Positions 28,362-36,126 of a stretch of 64,000 nucleotides of DNA are shown here, in pieces; positions within the stretch are counted from its first letter, which is position 1; every line of letters starts with the position of its first letter. Under the pieces are notes generated by a model that searched no databases, was not told where the DNA came from, and was given only the letters and a program-made list of their open reading frames with translations. The stretch is from assembly GCA_963677925.2 (NCBI GenBank), contig CAXXYH010000004.1, positions 1,536,001-1,600,000 on the forward strand, written 5' to 3'. This DNA is from Spirochaetia bacterium. Its GTDB lineage: Bacteria; Spirochaetota; Spirochaetia; UBA9216. Both the position numbers and the translations under genes were made by a program.

Positions 28362-30191
28362 TTACTTTATGTAGACATCATCATACAGAACAAGGTTCCA
28401 TCCTTCCAGATGTGATTCCGCCTTCCGCTCCGGGCTGGTTATTGTTCCGATACCGGTGGTCTGAAGGTACTTGCGTATGGTTTGTATTCTTTTATAAATC
28501 TTCTGGTAGTGGGGGCAGATACTCGATTTACAGTACCCGCCGCAGCCTGATGTTTCTTCTTTATTCAGCATGTCCAGAATTCGGTAGCAATGAAGAGGCT
28601 CTTCATAATTGTTTATGAATTCTTTTATTATAATAAAATTATCCTTTCCGGAGCAGGCAGGAAGCGGTCGTCCGTTCAGGTCCAGTATGGAATCTTTAAT
28701 GACAAGAGGTTTTTGAGGCATACTGAAGAATCGTGCAGAGAGAGAGAACAGCAGCAGTAACATTATTCTATTAATGAAGAATGACAGGAACATGGGTGTA
28801 TTCATACCAGTGCTGCTGATGCCGAATGTGATTCCGGGGTCAATAAACAGTGCCAGCAGCACCATATAAAACCATATGAGCCAGAAAAGCCAGTCGGGAG
28901 CTCTTTCTCTCAGCATGCTGATATCACTGCGCTTCTCAAGGTTCGGAAACCTGACCATCAAACAAAGGACGAAAAGTACAATTGCTTTCATCACCAGCAT
29001 CAGAACTTCCTGTTCAGAAAGTACACTAATAAGTAAAAACGAAGTTATTACCAACGAGGTAATCGAAATTATTATGGATTTTCCTGTTACTTTTACCGGT
29101 CTGCCCAGCGTAAAAATAATAATGAAACAGAATACTGCAATTAGAAGCGGGACGATAACCCTGGGCAGTGTTCCTTCTGCTCCGTATACGGCTTCAACAG
29201 CCAGCGCGGCGCTGCCGGTAATAGAAAGCAGGAGCATGGTTATCAATCCCGAATCAGTCCGGGCCTCTGACTTGTATACTTCACTGACAACGGGAATTCG
29301 CAATGGAAAAGGTCTGCGCTTAACAATCTGAACACCCTTTTCCGGCTTGAAGGTCCAGCCCAGTTCAATCACATTCTTTCTGTTTTCAGGCGGAATAATC
29401 ATTCCAATGCCCAGATTTCCGAGCTTTTTATCAAGACTTTTTATATGCCTGTATATAATCGGATAGGCTGGACAGTCTGTTGCCAGTTGGGAGCCCGGAG
29501 AACAGTTAAACTGTCTGCGTTTATTATTATTGTTTAATATGGGAATGATATCGCGGCATCGGATTCTTTTTCCTGTAATAAGTTTTTTCAGGATTGGTAA
29601 TTCTATTTCACTGAAAAATGACGAAATATCTTCGTTTCTGTATCTGATATCTTCATTTTCGATGAATATGTGTGAAAGGAATACGTTTTTCAGCTTCCAT
29701 AGAAAGTAAACGGCTGGAAGATAGTTAAAAGCCTCATAAAGCTTCAACAGAATTTCTCCTGCGGACAGAGGGTTTTGCAGCAAGCGGTGTATCAGCAATA
29801 AAATAAGCATAGCTGAATATGAAAAGAGAAGGAGTATAAGGCGGTTCAGCCCTTTAGACAGCTTTGAGAAATCCTGGGAACGGGAGAGTTTAAAAATCAA
29901 AACGAAGATAATTGTAAGAAGAGGGCCCTGGTATAGATTGATTAAAAGCCTGAAATAAATCAATTGATGAATAAATCCGCTAAAGATCACTATGGCTGAA
30001 AAAACCGCTGCAAGCACTGAAGTCAGAATAATAAGGGGACGTTTCTTTTCCAGGTTGAGAAGAAAGAACTCAATAACTATTTGCAGGATAAAAAGGGCTG
30101 CGCCTGATACGTTTACAAATAAATTATCTGCTGAAATTACCGCTGCTATCAGAGCCGGAAGTGAGGTGTATAAAATAAGCAGGAGTTTCAA
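28362..30191 (-). CDS. 12-TM membrane protein with two Cys-rich winged-helix-like domains (module copy 1, large subunit)
   Basis: Two 6-TM blocks, each followed by a soluble domain ending CPxY..IY..I...K.L...GIG.I..PE....GW; paralog of 36123..38009; wHTH call is inference. Confidence 0.7.
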   Translation of the reverse strand: MKLLLILYTSLPALIAAVISADNLFVNVSGAALFILQIVIEFFLLNLEKKRPLIILTSVLAAVFSAIVIFSGFIHQLIYFRLLINLYQGPLLTIIFVLIFKLSRSQDFSKLSKGLNRLILLLFSYSAMLILLLIHRLLQNPLSAGEILLKLYEAFNYLPAVYFLWKLKNVFLSHIFIENEDIRYRNEDISSFFSEIELPILKKLITGKRIRCRDIIPILNNNNKRRQFNCSPGSQLATDCPAYPIIYRHIKSLDKKLGNLGIGMIIPPENRKNVIELGWTFKPEKGVQIVKRRPFPLRIPVVSEVYKSEARTDSGLITMLLLSITGSAALAVEAVYGAEGTLPRVIVPLLIAVFCFIIIFTLGRPVKVTGKSIIISITSLVITSFLLISVLSEQEVLMLVMKAIVLFVLCLMVRFPNLEKRSDISMLRERAPDWLFWLIWFYMVLLALFIDPGITFGISSTGMNTPMFLSFFINRIMLLLLFSLSARFFSMPQKPLVIKDSILDLNGRPLPACSGKDNFIIIKEFINNYEEPLHCYRILDMLNKEETSGCGGYCKSSICPHYQKIYKRIQTIRKYLQTTGIGTITSPERKAESHLEGWNLVLYDDVYIK

Positions 30192-30886
30192 CGGCTTTTC
30201 CTCGCTTCCGATCTCATCGTTATCAGTGTTACAATAAATGGTGAAATGAGTATCAGAATTGCAAAATATCTGTATTCTGCATATGCCATAGCAATTATTA
30301 CCGCTGCAAGGCTTGCCGGAACAGCAGTCTGATAATAAGGATCGAACATATCAAGGAAGGCCTGCTTGACAGGTTCTCCGTCTTCAACCTTGTAGAAAAA
30401 TGCATTGATCAAGCAGGATAGAGTAAAGAATAAAGGTGCGATAATCATCGCAGGAATGATCTGGAAATTTGCTGTTGAACTAGTCATGAAATGATAGCCA
30501 TGATACAGAACAAGCATAATCAGTATATGGTGCGATATATTTAAGAGGATATATCTTGCCGCAGTGTTAAAGATATGCCAAAAGCGGTTTTCATCCTTTG
30601 TTATTATTAATAGAAAAGTAAGAGATATTGTGATTGCCGCGGTTAGCGGTCCGCAGGACAGGAGACATCCGCAGAAAACAGCTTCTATCGGTGAGATAAA
30701 GAAGCTGCCGTTTACATAATAGATTGCGAGTGATTCACTTAGTACTGCTGCAATAGTCCAGATGATGATATCTGCCGGAACCAATGCTGTAAAATCAGAC
30801 TTCTCTACGGTGAATAAAAGAATTGCTGCTGCAGATACGATTAATACTGATAAAAAAAGATATACTTTTAGCTTTCGGGAATTCAT
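30188..30886 (-). CDS. Stand-alone integral membrane protein (MASE9-like; module copy 1, small subunit)
   Basis: AVLSES...ISPIEAVF...GP motif; about 7 TM; 4-nt overlap with the large gene; start MNSRK after GGGAGA. Confidence 0.7.
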   Translation of the reverse strand: MNSRKLKVYLFLSVLIVSAAAILLFTVEKSDFTALVPADIIIWTIAAVLSESLAIYYVNGSFFISPIEAVFCGCLLSCGPLTAAITISLTFLLIITKDENRFWHIFNTAARYILLNISHHILIMLVLYHGYHFMTSSTANFQIIPAMIIAPLFFTLSCLINAFFYKVEDGEPVKQAFLDMFDPYYQTAVPASLAAVIIAMAYAEYRYFAILILISPFIVTLITMRSEARKSR

Positions 30887-30908
30887 TAAATTGTTTTTCT
30901 CCCATAAA

Positions 30909-30937
30909 ACAATAGGAGATATTTTAAATGCCGTCAA
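30909..30937 (-). promoter_or_regulatory. Candidate sigma70 promoter of module copy 1
   Basis: TTGACG-17 bp-TATTGT on minus strand. Confidence 0.5.
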
Positions 30938-31119
30938 CAAATAAACTATGAAGCCTCTCCTACTTTATTCGGCCAGTCTGTAAGCATAATTAATATTGTA
31001 TTGCCAGTTCGTTTAGTTGTTTCCGTACGATTTTCCAATTGATTCTGTGTGGAAAGTTTACTTGAGTCTATGCGGGTGATAGGATTTATTATGAAATCAA
31101 AATTGTTACAGGAGCTAAA

Positions 31120-32292
31120 ATGTTAAAGAAAATAATATCTGCATTGAATATAGGTATTCTGCTGCTGACTATTTCAGCCTGCAATGTTGAGATAAGTAAT
31201 CCAGAGGCCGGAGTCCCTGATTCTGAGGCGTCGGATCCTTCAATTGCTTCGGATACCTCCGATACAGAAGATATAGGGGATACTGGAGATGAAAGCAGCG
31301 AAGATGAGCTGAAGGCTGGAGATCAGCAAACTTTTACAGTAGAAAGTATCGATTTTAAAATGAATTTTGTTCCAGGGGTGCTTACCTTTCCATCAGGAGC
31401 GAACGATACAGCTTATAAAACAATTGATCATAACTACTGGATGGCCGAAACCGAGGTAAGCTTTGAACTTTATAATACTGTATACAACTGGGCTATAACT
31501 GATTCCGGCAGCGGTACACGTGCTGACGGCGGTGTTATTTACACCTTTGGACTCTTGGGTAATTCAGGCGGCAGAGGTGGTTATGATGACGGTGAACAGC
31601 ATAATAATATAGTATATGAGACCGGGCATGAAAAACATCCAGTCACCATGGTGAGCTGGCGTTTTGCCATGGCCTGGTGCAATGCTTTAACAGAGTATTA
31701 CAACGCCAACAATGGAACAGAGCCCGATCTGAGCCTTGTTTATCTGCAGTCAGACGGCGGTGAACCAATTCGAATGGTGTCGGATTCTTATGATTCCAAT
31801 GCTTATGAAGATGATCCATTCGTGGTAGAAACAGCCAATGGCTTTCGCCTGCCGACATCCCTTGAATGGGAACTGGCGGCAAGATATATCGGTGATGCGA
31901 ATGGTGATGGAGACATTAGTGATGATGGTGAATACTACCGCGGCTGGTTTGCGAGTGGAGCAGATGCCAGATATAATGAGAGTCCCACTGCTGATCATGA
32001 TGGGGACGGGGATCTTGAGTCAGTCGATGATGTTGCCTGGTACAGGGATAACAGCGAAGGGTCCACGCATGAAGTTGGTTTAAAATCGCCCAACGCCCTT
32101 GGTTTATTTGATATGAGCGGCAATGTTTATGAATGGACTTTTGACTTTTATTCTTCAGGTCCTTTACGGCTTTTACGCGGAAGCAGCTGGATTGATTACC
32201 AGAATAATGTTTTGATTAGCAGTAATACAAATAATTATCCATATAGCTCTTTCAATATATTTGGTTTCCGCCCCTGCAGGACTGCGGAATAA
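31120..32292 (+). CDS. FGE-sulfatase/CLec-fold (SUMF1/PvdO-type) lipoprotein
   Basis: Lipobox ISA-C; acidic linker; YWMAETEV, HPVTMVSW, FRLPTSLEWE, PNALGLFDMSGNVYEW, RGSSW...GFR. Confidence 0.9.
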   Translation: MLKKIISALNIGILLLTISACNVEISNPEAGVPDSEASDPSIASDTSDTEDIGDTGDESSEDELKAGDQQTFTVESIDFKMNFVPGVLTFPSGANDTAYKTIDHNYWMAETEVSFELYNTVYNWAITDSGSGTRADGGVIYTFGLLGNSGGRGGYDDGEQHNNIVYETGHEKHPVTMVSWRFAMAWCNALTEYYNANNGTEPDLSLVYLQSDGGEPIRMVSDSYDSNAYEDDPFVVETANGFRLPTSLEWELAARYIGDANGDGDISDDGEYYRGWFASGADARYNESPTADHDGDGDLESVDDVAWYRDNSEGSTHEVGLKSPNALGLFDMSGNVYEWTFDFYSSGPLRLLRGSSWIDYQNNVLISSNTNNYPYSSFNIFGFRPCRTAE

Positions 32293-32317
32293 ACTGCGGG
32301 CTTATTGTCTTTAATCC

Positions 32318-33568
32318 TTACTTTCCCGCAAAACTCATTTTGAAATCCAGGCTTGATGGAGACTGAAAAACTGCAAGGCCGAAGAAGGGTATTGACGCAA
32401 GGATATGATCGAATATGTCGGCCTGGATATTTTCATAGTTCGCCCAGACCTGGTCACGGCTGAATACGTATATTTCCAGCGGGATCCCCTTGTCGCCGGG
32501 CTGAAGCTGGCGAACAAGAAATGTCATATTATCGTGAATGTTCGGGTTGTCGCGCAGGTAAGCTGCAAGGTAGGCCCTGAATACTCCCAGGTTTGTCATT
32601 CGCCTGCCGTTGAGTTCGCGGGCGGTGTTGATCCCCTTTCCTGCATTATGAGCATCTATCTCTTCTTTCTTTTTTGGTATGAAATCACTGATAAGATCAA
32701 TTTGCCGGAAATCTTCCAGCATTTCATCTGTACAGAATTTAACGCTGTTCATATCTATATTGATATGCCTCTTTATCCTTCTGCCGCCGGATTCACTCAT
32801 GCCCCTCCAGTTTGTAAACGAACCTGAAATCAGGTTATAGATGGGGACGCTTACTATGGTTTTATCGAAATTCTGTACGGTCACAGTCTGCAGTTTTATA
32901 TCAATTACATCACCGTCCGCGCCCTGACCGGGGACTGTAATCCAGTCGCCGATTCTTACCATATCGTTTCCCGAGAGCTGAATGGCGGCGACGAGCCCGA
33001 GTATTGAATCCTTGAATACCAGCATAAGCACTGCTGATAGTGCTCCGATACCTGAAAGCAGGCCAAGAGCCGAGCGGTCGATCAGGATTGAGATGACAAG
33101 TACTATAACCATGATGGCAGCGATAACCCTTACGATCTGCAGATATCCCTTGATAGGCCGATTTTTGGAAATCTCGTAGCTTGTATATATACGGTTCACA
33201 CCGGTAAGAAAAGAATTGAATACATTTAGAACTACCAGGATTATGTAGGCGAGTACCAGTCTCTGAAACCAGGATTCTAGGCTGCCGGCTTCCTGGAAAA
33301 CAAGGGGAAAGCTGAAATATAGAAACAGTCCGGGGACTATCTTTACAGCCTTCTGGAAAAGCCCTGTTTCAAGCAGGATGTCATCCCACTTTGTTTTTGT
33401 GCGTTTAACCGTGCGGGAAAGAATTGATATTACAATTCTGCTGATAACAAAGTTAAGGATAAGGCTTGCCAGGAGCAGTCCGGCAAAAAGAATCAGTACG
33501 CTCAGAATACCTGCAACGGAATCGCCAAGGCCGAGATTTGAAAGTAATGATGAAAGACTGCTGTCCAT
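32318..33568 (-). CDS. MscS-family mechanosensitive channel (YbdG/MscM-like)
   Basis: LVFKDSILG, GDWI, NFDKTI, NWRGMSESGGRRIKR, TNLGVFRAY; start after GGAGG. Confidence 0.93.
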   Translation of the reverse strand: MDSSLSSLLSNLGLGDSVAGILSVLILFAGLLLASLILNFVISRIVISILSRTVKRTKTKWDDILLETGLFQKAVKIVPGLFLYFSFPLVFQEAGSLESWFQRLVLAYIILVVLNVFNSFLTGVNRIYTSYEISKNRPIKGYLQIVRVIAAIMVIVLVISILIDRSALGLLSGIGALSAVLMLVFKDSILGLVAAIQLSGNDMVRIGDWITVPGQGADGDVIDIKLQTVTVQNFDKTIVSVPIYNLISGSFTNWRGMSESGGRRIKRHINIDMNSVKFCTDEMLEDFRQIDLISDFIPKKKEEIDAHNAGKGINTARELNGRRMTNLGVFRAYLAAYLRDNPNIHDNMTFLVRQLQPGDKGIPLEIYVFSRDQVWANYENIQADIFDHILASIPFFGLAVFQSPSSLDFKMSFAGK

Positions 33569-33596
33569 AAAAAATGCCTCCGGATTTATACCAGTC

Positions 33597-33625
33597 AGTA
33601 TAGTTCCGGAGGCCTCTTTCATCAA
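33597..33625 (-). promoter_or_regulatory. Candidate mscS promoter overlapped by an inverted repeat
   Basis: TTGATG-17 bp-TATACT; GCCTCCGGA...TCCGGAGGC at 33576-33613. Confidence 0.5.
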
Positions 33626-33715
33626 CAGTTACCGTATTTACTTTATTATTTGAGTTTTTATTAAAATGTGTCATTAATACTAAGAACCAATATAAAATCG
33701 ATAATTGGAGTAAAT

Positions 33716-35020
33716 ATGAAAAAGTATTTATCCATCACTACAGTGATCAGTTTCCTGCTGATCCTGACTTCCTGTCCCTCAGAACCCGGATTAACCAGTG
33801 AAAAATCTATTACAGCTTTCAGTTTTAAAGCTTCGGCTAATTCAGGGCTAGCAGGCGATGTTTCCGGTACGATAAGCGGTACAAATATCAGCTTAACTCT
33901 TCCTGATGGAACCATTGTCACTGGCCTTGTTGCAAGTTTTACGGCTATTGGAGAATCTGTAGCAGTAGGCGGTACTGCACAGGTGAGCGGGACAACTGCC
34001 AACGACTTCAGCAGCCCTGTTGTTTATACTGTTACGGCAGCAGACGGAAGTACACAGGATTATACTGTTTCGGTAACAATCGAGGCTGCAGTTTCTACTG
34101 TTGAAACTGAAACCCGTACCGCCAACCTTGTCAGCTTTGATATGAACCGTGTACCAGCGGGTTGTTCTTTTACAATGAGTGAACACCTGGTTTCTTCTGA
34201 GTATGCAGTTCCCCATACTGTTACGCTTACAAAAAGCTACTGGATGGGGAAGACAGAGGTTCCCCAGGGGCTCTGGGAAGATGTGTGGGGGACCGACTGG
34301 CCGGGAACAGACCCCGACGGTTCCGGATACGGGTCGGGGAATGATTATCCGGCTTACTACATAGACTGGTTTGATACTGCTGCTTTCTGCAACCTTCTAA
34401 CTATAGCCGATGACAGTATTACAGTTTCTGAATTGGTATACTTTTCTGATATCGACCTGCTATCTCCATATTCTAAAGATGATGCCGCAGATCACGATCC
34501 GGTTTATGTTGACTGGAATGCCAAAGGCTACCGTATGCCTACCGAGGCGGAATGGGAATGTGCGGCAAGGTATGTAGACGGTACACAATGGAACTGCGGA
34601 GATCACATCTCCGGGGATACTGAATATGCATGTCTTCAGACAAATACAGGGGTACTCAGCGGTTCTCCTCTTGCAACAGAAGCCCGAATGAATGAGTATG
34701 CCTGGTCCACTTATAATAATACAGGTAGTGCCGGTGATCCTGGTTATGGGAACAAGAAGGTTGGTCAAAAGCTGCCCAATGCCCTCGGGCTTTATGATAT
34801 GAATGGCAATATCTGGGAATGGTGTCATGACTGGTATGCAAAGTCTTCTGTAACGGCTGAAACAGATCCAACCGGATCTGAAAGCGGTTCCTACCGTGTC
34901 AGCCGCGGCGGCAGTTGGAGTGTCAACAGAAATGATCTCCGCTCTGCCCAGCGTGGACTGGCCGGACCTGCTGCTGAAGGTAACGGGATGGGATTCCGTT
35001 TATGCAGGACTGCTGATTAG
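33716..35020 (+). CDS. FGE-sulfatase/CLec-fold lipoprotein with N-terminal Ig-like (DUF5018-like) domain
   Basis: Lipobox LTS-C; KSITAFSF...NDFSSPVVYTVTAADGSTQDYTV; YRMPTEAEWE, PNALGLYDMNGNIWEW, RGGSW...GFR. Confidence 0.9.
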   Translation: MKKYLSITTVISFLLILTSCPSEPGLTSEKSITAFSFKASANSGLAGDVSGTISGTNISLTLPDGTIVTGLVASFTAIGESVAVGGTAQVSGTTANDFSSPVVYTVTAADGSTQDYTVSVTIEAAVSTVETETRTANLVSFDMNRVPAGCSFTMSEHLVSSEYAVPHTVTLTKSYWMGKTEVPQGLWEDVWGTDWPGTDPDGSGYGSGNDYPAYYIDWFDTAAFCNLLTIADDSITVSELVYFSDIDLLSPYSKDDAADHDPVYVDWNAKGYRMPTEAEWECAARYVDGTQWNCGDHISGDTEYACLQTNTGVLSGSPLATEARMNEYAWSTYNNTGSAGDPGYGNKKVGQKLPNALGLYDMNGNIWEWCHDWYAKSSVTAETDPTGSESGSYRVSRGGSWSVNRNDLRSAQRGLAGPAAEGNGMGFRLCRTAD

Positions 35021-35035
35021 TTTTCATAAAAACGG

Positions 35036-35068
35036 AAAAAAGCCTGCGGTCAAAATCGCAGGCTTTTT
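35036..35068. terminator. Bidirectional intrinsic terminator
   Basis: AAAAAAGCCTGCG-GTCAAAAT-CGCAGGCTTTTT. Confidence 0.8.
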
Positions 35069-35072
35069 AATT

Positions 35073-35289
35073 TTATTTTGATTCAGCATATTCCAGCCGG
35101 CCATTGAAGTAGAGAGTCGTCTTTCCTGACGAGGATGTATCTGCTCCGTAAAGCAGTACATTAATATCGCCATCGCCGTCTTTGCCTGCTGCAAGCAAAA
35201 TGATTGCAGACAGTATTAAAAAAAGCGGAGGCTGTGACTGCCATATTTTTAAATTTACCTTTATTGTTGTACTTTTTTTCATGGTTCAT
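35073..35289 (-). pseudogene. Remnant of an exported FG-GAP/VCBS-repeat protein
   Basis: AGGAG + ATG at 35289; removing one base from a T7 run joins a signal peptide (AVTASAFLILSAIILLAAG) to DGDGDINVLLYG...TLYFNG. Confidence 0.5.
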
Positions 35290-35390
35290 AGTTTTTCTCC
35301 TGATACTTTTGCGTTTTTGTTGACTGTTTTCCTATTGAAAATGTATCATATAGGCAGGACGCAGCTTTCCTTTTCAGCCTTATATAACAT

Positions 35391-35416
35391 GTTTCCTTAC
35401 GAATTCGTCCGGAAAC
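35391..35416. promoter_or_regulatory. 26-bp imperfect palindrome, candidate regulator site
   Basis: GTTTCC-TT-ACGAATTCGT-CC-GGAAAC; its half resembles GTTTCCGTACGATTT at 31019-31033. Confidence 0.45.
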
Positions 35417-35436
35417 GAGTTGTGGAGTTTTGATTT

Positions 35437-36126
35437 ATGAATGTTTATCCGCGCGGCGCTCTGCTTTTTCTTATCATTATTTCCGCAGCGGCTGTTCTGT
35501 GCGCAATTCTGATATTTTCAGGAAGTCAGCCTGCCGATTACAGTATCTCTGTTATTATCGTCTGGTCTGTTCTTGCTGTTTTAAGTGAATCCTTCTCGGT
35601 ATATATCTCCAGTGGAAATATCTATATCTCCACAATTGAGGCTGTTTTCTTCGGAGCCTACCTCTCCGGCGGACCGGTTTCTTCTTTGTTCTGCATACTG
35701 GCCACAGCTCTTTTTACAGTAAGAATACAGGAGAAGGGTCTGAGTTATATTTTTACAACTCCGCTGAGACTGACAATTTTCAATGTATCGCATTTTATAA
35801 TAATTCTGTTTTCGGTTGATTGGCTCTACGTCCATATAGCAGCAGCGGCAGCCGGTTCAAATATCCTTCCGGCTTTAATCACAGCTCCTGTGTTCTTTCT
35901 GTTTTCCTGTGTTTTCAACGCCCTGTTTTACAGACTTGAAGAAGGCCGCTCCTTTTTCAGATACCTTATCGATGTATTCAAACCCTATTATGCCGATGCA
36001 CTTCCGGCCAGCTTTGCAGCGGTAATTATTGCAATAACCTTTCCCGGGTACGGTATTTTATCTGTGCTGTTTTTTATAACTCCGATAATAGTGGCAAGGC
36101 TGGCATTCAGCGGCAGGAGCCATTGA
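35437..36126 (+). CDS. Stand-alone integral membrane protein (MASE9-like; module copy 2, small subunit)
   Basis: AVLSES...ISTIEAVF...GP; FNALFYRLEEG; PASFAAVIIA; paralog of 30188..30886. Confidence 0.7.
   Translation: MNVYPRGALLFLIIISAAAVLCAILIFSGSQPADYSISVIIVWSVLAVLSESFSVYISSGNIYISTIEAVFFGAYLSGGPVSSLFCILATALFTVRIQEKGLSYIFTTPLRLTIFNVSHFIIILFSVDWLYVHIAAAAAGSNILPALITAPVFFLFSCVFNALFYRLEEGRSFFRYLIDVFKPYYADALPASFAAVIIAITFPGYGILSVLFFITPIIVARLAFSGRSH

Noticed and set aside
31120-35020. Complete DGR, or catalytic formylglycine-generating enzymes
   Set aside because: No RT, Avd or template repeat in the window; catalytic CxxxxC absent and no sulfatase nearby
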